From Anaerolineae bacterium (GTDB taxonomy: Bacteria; Chloroflexota; Anaerolineae; UBA1429), in NCBI GenBank assembly GCA_963675785.1, contig OY776562.1, forward strand, positions 1,440,001 to 1,504,000: 64,000 nucleotides of DNA, given 5' to 3'. Shown here piece by piece: positions 56,545 to 64,000 of the stretch. The notes beneath the pieces are model-generated. The model was not told where the DNA came from. It saw nothing but the letters and a program-made list of their open reading frames with translations, and searched no databases. How positions within the stretch are numbered: the first letter of the stretch is position 1; the number at the start of each line of letters is the position of its first letter. The position numbers and the translations under genes were made by a program.

Positions 56545-56832
56545 TGACAAGACGACGAATCGCTATTGGGGACCGTTTGTTTTCTCGGATACTTCTAACT
56601 TGTTGATCTATGGCAGAGAACTTTGCACCTATGCGCGCTATTCAGACTGCCCTGCAATGGTGAGCATCCCCTGTCATGTAGAATCTTTCGATCTAGCATA
56701 GTGAAAGGATTCCACACCATGGCGGACACATCCACATCTCGCAAATGCCGCTGGTGGCTGGTGCCACTCATCCTGGTGGCGTTCGCCACCCTGCTTGTCG
56801 CAGATGCCTATCTCCTCAAGCCAGTTCAATAG
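56545..56832 (+). pseudogene. Remnant of a paralog 3-end/paralog 4-start junction
   Basis: Degenerate copy of ~49195-49475. Shares ttcagactgccctgcaatggtgagcatcccctgtc and gtgaaaggattccacaccatg. The leader ORF 56719-56832 stops after 37 aa. Confidence 0.8.
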
Positions 56833-56893
56833 CCCGACCGACCAGTGACGCTGAAGAAGAGCCAATCGAGGTACCTCGTCCAGTTCCTGCTTT

Positions 56894-58009
56894 TCAATCA
56901 AGGGCCAATAACACTGCCGCCAGCACCACTAACGCCGCCAAGTTGGTGAGCGAGAACCAAAGCATAAAAGTGCGCGAAGGATACTCGCGGGCATAGAGTC
57001 GGTAAGAGATGAGGCTCGCCAATGAAGCAACGAGCGTGCCCAATCCCCCGACCGAGACCCCCAGCAGCAGTTCCCGATAGAACGAGGTAAAGCCAGACAG
57101 GAGCACAGCCGCCGGCACATTGCTGATGACCTGCGACAATCCCGCCGAGATCAGCAGTACACTTTGCGGGGTGTTTAGCAGTGCGGAAAAGAACGCCTGG
57201 ACCTGTTCCATACCAGTGAGTCCATCCACCGCTAAAAAGAACAACACAAAAGTGCCCAGCAGGTAGAAATCAACTCGCAGTAAAAGGCGGGGCGCCAGCA
57301 GGCCAAAGACAACCAGCGTGATAATTAGTACCAGGCGATAGTCCACCACGCGCAGCACTGCAAGAACGTTCAAGGCAAAGACCAGGAGCGCTCCCCACAG
57401 CAAACGCCGGTTGGTGATGGTCGGCACATCTGGCTTTAAGCTGTATGCCTCGCCTCTCACCAGTAACAGCGTCATCATGATCAACAACCCTGCTCCCAAC
57501 AAGCCAAAAGGCAGCATTGTCTCAAAGAACTCGGCAGTGGGTATGTCGTAATAGCTAAAGAGGTATAGGTTCTGGGGATTACCAAAGGGCGTAAGGGCCG
57601 AAAACACGTTCGCAGAGATGGTCTCTAGAATCACTAGAATGGCTGGATCGCGATCGCTGGCCCGAGCCATGAGGAGCGTCAGCGGCACCATGGTCAACAG
57701 GGCCACATCGTTGGTAATGAACATGGAAAGCAGCCCCGTCACGCCAACCATGGCAAAAGCGAGGCGACGAGGTGTCTTAAAAGCCCCCAAAGCCAGGGCC
57801 GCCAGCCGTGAAAGAAGCTGGCACTGCTCCCAAGCACGGCAAACCGCCATCAGCGAAAAAAGCGTGCTGATGACGCTCCAGCGTACCGCCGAAAGATGCG
57901 GCAGCGAAAAGATGGAAACGCCTGCCGTAACCAACAGCGATAGCGCAAAAAGGGGTTCTTTGGCAAAAAAAGAGGCGGCTCGATGAGCCGCGGACCGCGC
58001 CAATGCCAT
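56894..58009 (-). CDS. SLC13/CitMHS/ArsB-NhaD-type ion transporter permease
   Basis: FITNDVAL, LTPFGNPQNLY, SQVISNVPA and GGLGTLVASLA. Multiple TMs. Confidence 0.85.
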   Translation of the reverse strand: MALARSAAHRAASFFAKEPLFALSLLVTAGVSIFSLPHLSAVRWSVISTLFSLMAVCRAWEQCQLLSRLAALALGAFKTPRRLAFAMVGVTGLLSMFITNDVALLTMVPLTLLMARASDRDPAILVILETISANVFSALTPFGNPQNLYLFSYYDIPTAEFFETMLPFGLLGAGLLIMMTLLLVRGEAYSLKPDVPTITNRRLLWGALLVFALNVLAVLRVVDYRLVLIITLVVFGLLAPRLLLRVDFYLLGTFVLFFLAVDGLTGMEQVQAFFSALLNTPQSVLLISAGLSQVISNVPAAVLLSGFTSFYRELLLGVSVGGLGTLVASLASLISYRLYAREYPSRTFMLWFSLTNLAALVVLAAVLLALD

Positions 58010-58151
58010 AATCCCATTGTCCCCAATGTTCAGCCAAATGCGATAGCTTCCATTATATGCACTCGCACCTGGCTGCCAACGCAAACACTCCTTTATGCAA
58101 AAGAACAAGCCGAACAGCTAAAGACTGCTCGGCTTGTTTGAAGTCAACACT

Positions 58152-58529
58152 CTACGCCAGCTTGTTAGCCCCGCTGTACACCGCCTTGACCTTGAGCACC
58201 GCCACGGCCTCGCGCGGCAGGGTGTCTTTGACCCAGGTCTTCATGGTTTCAAAGATGGGCCCCTCGGTCACATAGTCAATCTCACCCTTGAACTGGAAGG
58301 ACTTGCCTTCTTTGGTGATAAAGACGATAGCGCCCTTGGAGCCAGACATGATGTTAGCACGGGTCTTGTTGAAAAAGTTGTCGCAAACGGCGACGCTCTC
58401 GTCGTCCAACATATTGACGCAGGTAGCGTAAATGGCGTTGGGCATGCCCTCGGCATCCACTGTGGTCAGAACCACAGCGCCATTACGATTCTCCCAAGCC
58501 TGTTTGACCTCTGCAGGAATGATAGCCAT
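58152..58529 (-). CDS. Pyridoxamine 5'-phosphate oxidase-like FMN-binding protein
   Basis: VLTTVDAEGMPN, DNFFNKTRANI and SFQFKG. Confidence 0.85.
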   Translation of the reverse strand: MAIIPAEVKQAWENRNGAVVLTTVDAEGMPNAIYATCVNMLDDESVAVCDNFFNKTRANIMSGSKGAIVFITKEGKSFQFKGEIDYVTEGPIFETMKTWVKDTLPREAVAVLKVKAVYSGANKLA

Positions 58530-58619
58530 GATGCAGCTCCTATCTATGTGTATTGCGCCGTCAACAAAAACGGCACAGCCTCAACGACTGTGCCATTCTA
58601 TCCCCCCTGAGCAGATGCG

Positions 58620-58898
58620 TCAACGTGTAGGCAGTGTTTCCTTGTCCTCTTTTTCGGCTTCGGGTTCTTGAACTTCCCACACCACCGGGCGCGTATCCAC
58701 GCCGCCGTGAGTTTCAACGCGCTCATAATGCCGCGAAAGCAAGTCCCAGCCAGCAGCGGTAAGCAATCCAAAAGCAAAAGCGGATACCACCAACTGCATC
58801 TCGCGCGTTGTTTGCACAAAAACGCCCGAGACGATAATTAAAAACATTGTAATGAGCATGGCATAAGCCACGAGTCGCAAGGCGTGCATCTTTTTCAT
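58620..58898 (-). CDS. Small two-TM hypothetical protein
   Basis: AGGAG RBS. Two hydrophobic segments and a charged tail. Confidence 0.5.
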   Translation of the reverse strand: MKKMHALRLVAYAMLITMFLIIVSGVFVQTTREMQLVVSAFAFGLLTAAGWDLLSRHYERVETHGGVDTRPVVWEVQEPEAEKEDKETLPTR

Positions 58899-59073
58899 CG
58901 TTAGGCTCTCTCCTACCAACAATCCCCAAACCATGATAGGCGGTTATGGTATATAGAAAGTAACAGAGAGATTACTAATACATAGCTAGCTTCTCTTGTG
59001 CAGAGCTTGACGGCCGCTGCAGGAAAAGTCAGAATGCGCTCAGACTGATTGTACAAGCTTATGGAGGAGACCC

Positions 59074-60483
59074 GTGCCAGACAGCAGACCCAATATCCTG
59101 TTCATCATGTCCGACGATCACGCGGCCCACGCCATGAGCTGCTACAACAGCCGCATCAACACCACGCCCAACCTCGACCGCATCGCTAACGAGGGTATGC
59201 GTTTCGATAATTGTTTCTGTACCAATTCCATCTGCACCCCCAGCCGCGCCGTAATTTTAGCCGGTACTTACAACCATGTGAACGGCGTGACCACCCTGGC
59301 TTCCCGATTGGACGGTCGGCAGGATAACGTGGCCAAGCAGCTTCGGTCCGCCGGTTATCAAACGGCTGTCATCGGCAAGTGGCACCTGGGGCACGGCGGC
59401 AATGCCAACCCCACAGGCTTTGATTATTGGAGCGTGCTGCCCGGGCAAGGCCTCTATTACCACCCCATTTTCATCGAGGAGGACGGTGAGCATCGCGAGG
59501 CCGGTTACGTCACCGACCTCATTACCGACAAGAGCATTGACTGGCTGGAACAGCGCGATCCAGACAAGCCTTTCTTTTTGATGTGCCACCACAAGGCGCC
59601 CCATCGCCCCTGGGAACCCGACGCCGCGCATCTGCACATGTACGATGAGGTGGACATTCCCGAGCCAGAGACGTTTGAGGACGATTACAGCAATCGCGCC
59701 GCTGCCGCTGCCGCGGCCAAAATGCGGGTCAGCCGAGACCTGACGGCCACTGACTTGAAATTTGATCCCCCCGAGGGCCTCAGCGAGCGCGAACTGCTGC
59801 ACTGGAAATATGAGCGCTATATCAAGGATTACTTGGCCTGTGTGGCCTCAGTGGACGACAACGTGGGGCGCCTGCTGGATTACCTCGATGAGCAGGGCCT
59901 GACCGAGAATACAATCGTTATGTATACTTCTGACCAGGGCTTTTTCCTCGGCGACCACGGTTGGTACGACAAGCGTTTCATGTACGAGGAGTCGCTGCGT
60001 ATGCCCTTTGTGATTCGCTACCCGCGCGAGATCGCGGCTGGCTCGGTGTGCCAGGACATGATCCTCAACGTGGACTTTCCCGCTACCTGGCTGGATTACG
60101 CCAATGTCGCTCTGCCCGACCGCTTTCAGGGCACCTCGTTCCGCGAATTGCTCAACGGCCGCCTGCCCGAGGATTGGCAGACCAGCATGTACTATCGCTA
60201 CTGGATGCACCTCGCGCATCACCACGTCTATGCCCATTACGGCCTGCGCACACTGCATTACAAGCTCATCTATTACTATGGCGATGCCCTGGGCCAACCC
60301 GGCGCCATCGACGACCCGCGTGACCCCGAGTGGGAGCTGTTCGATCTGGACCAGGATCCCCACGAGCTAATGAACGTCTACGACGACCCCACTTATGCCG
60401 AGGTAGTCAAGGAACTGACAGACGAGCTGCATCGCCTGCAGGCCCAACTCGGCGATGAACGCTATTGTCTGGATGTAGAGTAA
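59074..60483 (+). CDS. Cys-type sulfatase (S1 family)
   Basis: PNILFIMSDD, formylglycine motif CTPSR, GKWHLG, HKAPHRPW and SDQGFFLGDHGWYDKR. Confidence 0.92.
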   Translation: MPDSRPNILFIMSDDHAAHAMSCYNSRINTTPNLDRIANEGMRFDNCFCTNSICTPSRAVILAGTYNHVNGVTTLASRLDGRQDNVAKQLRSAGYQTAVIGKWHLGHGGNANPTGFDYWSVLPGQGLYYHPIFIEEDGEHREAGYVTDLITDKSIDWLEQRDPDKPFFLMCHHKAPHRPWEPDAAHLHMYDEVDIPEPETFEDDYSNRAAAAAAAKMRVSRDLTATDLKFDPPEGLSERELLHWKYERYIKDYLACVASVDDNVGRLLDYLDEQGLTENTIVMYTSDQGFFLGDHGWYDKRFMYEESLRMPFVIRYPREIAAGSVCQDMILNVDFPATWLDYANVALPDRFQGTSFRELLNGRLPEDWQTSMYYRYWMHLAHHHVYAHYGLRTLHYKLIYYYGDALGQPGAIDDPRDPEWELFDLDQDPHELMNVYDDPTYAEVVKELTDELHRLQAQLGDERYCLDVE

Positions 60484-60488
60484 AAGAT

Positions 60489-60519
60489 AAAGGGCCTCGA
60501 CAATATGTCGAGGCCCTTT
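60489..60519. terminator. Bidirectional terminator
   Basis: aaagggcctcgaca/tgtcgaggcccttt. Confidence 0.8.
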
Positions 60520-60565
60520 CTGCATCACAAGCTCCGTCTCACTAACCACGGTCAACCAGAGGTAA

Positions 60566-61006
60566 TCAACTCTCATCCTCAATCAGATAAAATCCCTCAG
60601 AATCACTACCATAAAGAGAAAAATTGTACACCTGCCCATAGTCAGCGTCTATTGCCAGGGGCTCACCAGCAGAACTCTCTTGGCCATCCTCAAGAATCAC
60701 AAAAACTTCTGTTCTAAATGCGGATAAATCCGAGTCTTCCGGAAAGTACGCCGCGATAAAATCTTCTGACAGCACATCGTTTTCCCTGATAGGTTTGTTC
60801 GAGGCATAAGTGACGAATCCTCCGCCAATCGGTTCTTCGCCCAAATAGTACTCATAGTGGAGTCCATAAATCTCGGAATCGCACTGGTTTGCTATCGAGA
60901 CGTAGAACGTATTCTCATCGGGCTGCAACTCACCGCTGCTTCCACAAGCAGCGAGCATAACAGAAGCTAATACAGTAATAAACACACACGCAAATCTTCT
61001 TTTCAT
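60566..61006 (-). CDS. Hypothetical acidic lipoprotein
   Basis: GGAGG RBS. MKRR, hydrophobic stretch and lipobox LAAC. Confidence 0.7.
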   Translation of the reverse strand: MKRRFACVFITVLASVMLAACGSSGELQPDENTFYVSIANQCDSEIYGLHYEYYLGEEPIGGGFVTYASNKPIRENDVLSEDFIAAYFPEDSDLSAFRTEVFVILEDGQESSAGEPLAIDADYGQVYNFSLYGSDSEGFYLIEDES

Positions 61007-61079
61007 TATCATCCTCCATCATGAATTCTGTAAATAATCTTCACTGGAGCATCTATGACGCGTGTGCTTCGGCTTTTGT

Positions 61080-62507
61080 TCAATCAATCCGCTTCAAATC
61101 CCACAAATCCACCTCGCGCCAAGGCTCCCAATTGGGATTGCGCACCGGCATCTTGGCCTGCACCTTCTCTCGCCAATCTGCCAACATCGCCCGTAGCTCC
61201 GCCACCCTCTCGGGTTCACGCTCAGCCAGGTTGTGGTGCTCCCCCGGATCGTCACGTAGGTTGTAAAGCTCCAGCCGACCATCCTCGAAGAACGCGATGA
61301 GCTTCCAATCACCCGCCCGCAGCGAGGACCCCGGCGTGCCGCCCTGATTGCCATAATGGGGATAATGCCAATAGATGGCCTCACGATCGAGCGAATCGCG
61401 CTCTCCCCGTAGCAGCGGCGCCATCGAGAGGCCATCCGTATGCTGTTCGGGGCGCGGCAGTAACCCTGCCATCTCTAGCAGGGTGGGGTAAAAGTCGGGG
61501 CTGGTGACTGGCTCCTCACAAATGGCGCCGGCCTGGGTAACGCCCGGCCAAATGATGAACAGCGGCTCGCGCGTACCGCCCTCGTACATCCAGCCCTTGC
61601 CCTCGGCCAATGGCGTGTTGCAGGTCGGCGAACCTTCGGCAGTAGCCAACCCGCCGTTATCCGAAGTAAAGATGAACACCGTATTCTCAGCCTGGCCCGT
61701 CTCCTGCAGCACCTGCCACAGCCGCCCAATGTTCTCGTCCACGCTGTCGATCATGGCCGCATACACTGCATCCGATTGCAGCAGCCGCCGGCGAATGCGC
61801 TGGTCCTTTTTGTGCTCACAGGGGAAATAGTCGCCCTCCTCAAAGGTAGGCTGCACATCCAGGCCCAACGCATGGGCTTTGCGCTTGTACTTGGCCACCT
61901 TTTCCGGTTTGGCCTGGATGGGAATATGCACCTGGTAATACCACAGATTGAGGAAGAAAGGCCGCTCATCGTCGTGCTGACGAATCAGGCGGATGGCCTC
62001 GTCAGTCAGGTGGTCGGTCAGGTACTCCCCTTTCGGCCTCTCGGGCAGCGTCTCAATGTGCCAAGGGCTGAAATAGCCATCCTTGGGGTGTCCCCAGGCA
62101 CACCCACCGATATTCACCTCAAACCCGTGGCGATCGGGATAATAATCACGCGGCCCCAGGTGCCATTTTCCCACGTGCCAGGTGGCATAGCCGCCCATGG
62201 CCAGTGCCGCAGCCAGCGAGGTCTCTTCCAAAGGCAGGTGATCGATATAGGGCGCATCGATGAGCTTGCCCCGCGCCTTGCCCCCGATATAGTTGGTCAC
62301 CCCCACCGAAGCGGGATATTTGCCGCTCATGATACTGGCGCGAGTAGGCGAACATACCGGACAGGCGGCATACGCGTTGGTAAAACGCACCCCTTGAGCG
62401 CACAGACTGTCGATATTGGGCGTCTCATAGAAGGTGCTGCCGGTGCAGCCCAGGTCTTTCCAGCCCATGTCGTCCATGAGCACGAATACGATATTGGGTT
62501 GAGACAT
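61080..62507 (-). CDS. Cys-type sulfatase (arylsulfatase A-like)
   Basis: PNIVFVLMDD, CSPTRAS, GKWHLG, SDNGG and GKGWMYEGGTREP. Confidence 0.92.
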   Translation of the reverse strand: MSQPNIVFVLMDDMGWKDLGCTGSTFYETPNIDSLCAQGVRFTNAYAACPVCSPTRASIMSGKYPASVGVTNYIGGKARGKLIDAPYIDHLPLEETSLAAALAMGGYATWHVGKWHLGPRDYYPDRHGFEVNIGGCAWGHPKDGYFSPWHIETLPERPKGEYLTDHLTDEAIRLIRQHDDERPFFLNLWYYQVHIPIQAKPEKVAKYKRKAHALGLDVQPTFEEGDYFPCEHKKDQRIRRRLLQSDAVYAAMIDSVDENIGRLWQVLQETGQAENTVFIFTSDNGGLATAEGSPTCNTPLAEGKGWMYEGGTREPLFIIWPGVTQAGAICEEPVTSPDFYPTLLEMAGLLPRPEQHTDGLSMAPLLRGERDSLDREAIYWHYPHYGNQGGTPGSSLRAGDWKLIAFFEDGRLELYNLRDDPGEHHNLAEREPERVAELRAMLADWREKVQAKMPVRNPNWEPWREVDLWDLKRID

Positions 62508-62678
62508 GGCTTACTCCTGCGTTGAAAATGGCTAAAGATGGTATAGCCCAAGCACGGGGTCAGGGCAATCCCTCTAAATAGAGACACCCCGCGTTAGCGG
62601 GGTGCCCCAAAAAGGAGGAGAACAGGAGATGCTGCACAATCCAATGGATCTCTCCTAGGATTGAAGAATGATAGCGGT

Positions 62679-63074
62679 CTATTCGACGCTGACCGCAAGC
62701 GTATAGGTCTCGATAGGAGGCACACTTTCCCAAATGCGCATATAGCCCAATTCGAGATCGACTTGCCCCGCTTCGAGTGCCTCAAAGGTAAAGGTAAAAG
62801 TACCCCCCGAACCCACGATATCCTCATCCGTCTCATCGGCTACGTACTCGGGATCATCCGCATGGCCCAATACCGGCTCAGTGTTCGTCATTAACAGCCA
62901 CTGGTAACCCGTCGTTGGGTTACCCGCTAACGAGATTTCGAGCGTGTCGCCAACGTTGAGGGTAACCTCGCTACCATTGTCATCGGCACCCAAGGTCGTA
63001 GCAGAGGCCCCGCAACCAGCGCACAAGGGCACCAGCAAAGCAACCAATACCACCAACCCTATTGCGCGATTCAT
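62679..63074 (-). CDS. Chagasin-family (I42) cysteine peptidase inhibitor lipoprotein
   Basis: NPTTGYQW, VGSGG and YMRIWE. Lipobox CAGC. Confidence 0.85.
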   Translation of the reverse strand: MNRAIGLVVLVALLVPLCAGCGASATTLGADDNGSEVTLNVGDTLEISLAGNPTTGYQWLLMTNTEPVLGHADDPEYVADETDEDIVGSGGTFTFTFEALEAGQVDLELGYMRIWESVPPIETYTLAVSVE

Positions 63075-63149
63075 ATGATCACCTCAACTGCTTTATGGCT
63101 TCATTCCCAAGAACGGACAAGCTGTCCAAAAAGTTCCCAGAAAGCAGCG

Positions 63150-63476
63150 CTATTTCTTTGCTGTCCCATGCCCCCTATGTTCACTAAGTAATTCATCGGT
63201 CTTCGTTATTATCTCGCCCGTCACTGCATCTTTTACGATTTCAATGTATCTATCATTAGCACGGTCCGTCTTTCGATACACTTCAACCTGCCTGCCATCG
63301 CTTGCATTGAAGCGCTCAATGAATCTAAGCTCTTCGTACTCGGTGGCATGACCTTTTGAATGAAAGGTGGGATCGCGTTTCTTGATCTTTATACACTCTA
63401 ACGCATGGATTTTCTCATCAATAATCACTTGTTTATCACTGGATATTTCAATGTCCTTGTTATCAAAGTCTTTCAT
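63150..63476 (-). CDS. Hypothetical protein
   Basis: GGAGG RBS. Charged 108-aa ORF ending DRYIEIVKDAVTGEII...LSEHRGHGTAKK. Confidence 0.6.
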   Translation of the reverse strand: MKDFDNKDIEISSDKQVIIDEKIHALECIKIKKRDPTFHSKGHATEYEELRFIERFNASDGRQVEVYRKTDRANDRYIEIVKDAVTGEIITKTDELLSEHRGHGTAKK

Positions 63477-63510
63477 GGTGAATAATTCCTCCCCAATAAA
63501 GTGCTGGTTT

Positions 63511-63986
63511 CTAGGAACCGCCTTGCTCCCGCTTTACCGATTCTCCCCTGTGCACAGCTAGGCTTCCTGAAGCAACACCAATGACAGTGCCAAGTACAGC
63601 ACCAACGGCTGTATCAAATCTATCATACAAAGCCAAAACAGCTAGAACATACGCAGCCACTATTGCTATTACTACTCGACCAAGATCACCCTGTTCGAGC
63701 ATACGTTCTTTAATGGAAACTATCCATATCCTTTATGCGCAAGTTAAGTCTCTTACTGCTATCAAACAAGGATCTACTATTGGATTGACTAATCTTTTCC
63801 ATCATTGAAAAAATCCAAGGAAAAGCAGGACAACATAGCAAATAAGAGGTTTGGGCCAAAATTACACACAACATCCCATTGCCTATCAGCAAGATGCGAT
63901 GTCTGGGGAGCGCATAAAACGAGGATTAGAAATATGGCGAAATATACTTTGACAAACCGATAGGGATCACTAGAGCCTTTGTTCAT
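63511..63986 (-). other. Possible degraded AT-rich membrane-protein gene (two short hydrophobic ORFs)
   Basis: GGAGG RBS before ATG 63986. The ORF ends at 63789. A second hydrophobic ORF at 63511-63702 is in another frame. Confidence 0.3.
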
Positions 63987-64000
63987 TATGGACCTCCAAA

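Noticed and set aside
62679-63074. I42 inhibitor as RHS immunity protein
   Set aside because: Chagasins inhibit papain-like cysteine peptidases, not zincins, and the gene is ~6 kb outside the locus on the opposite strand.

Overview
Bacterial chromosomal window. It is probably from a Chloroflexota/Anaerolineae genome; this is inferred from the PL(I/V)(L/M)R tail motifs, the Pro/Thr linkers and the gene content. The GC-rich backbone encodes two heparinase II/III-like lyases, two Cys-type sulfatases, a GH26, an Feo iron-uptake operon with a split FeoB and a DtxR-type operator and regulator, and several housekeeping enzymes. Four accessory features stand out. (1) Two stand-alone IS200-like HUH/Y1 transposases sit among many two-hairpin REP-like palindromes. 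(2) A methyltransferase-Mrr-like nuclease fusion and a DUF4145/HEPN-like gene form a cassette bracketed by ~300-bp direct repeats built from those palindromes. (3) Five secreted LVIVD-repeat proteins form an AT-richer tandem array. (4) A ~20-kb polymorphic toxin locus spans 36949-56832. It has a Sec-exported 2065-aa SpvB/RHS protein with an HExxH metallopeptidase tip, an orphan RHS module with a divergent homologous tip, and a tip-less orphan. It also has eight tandem paralogs of an unrecognised membrane-anchored beta-propeller-like protein, which fall into two subfamilies that track the two toxin tips. This locus is the best candidate for an undescribed system. No rRNA, tRNA or CRISPR array was seen. 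All family calls come from motif recognition, not from database searches.
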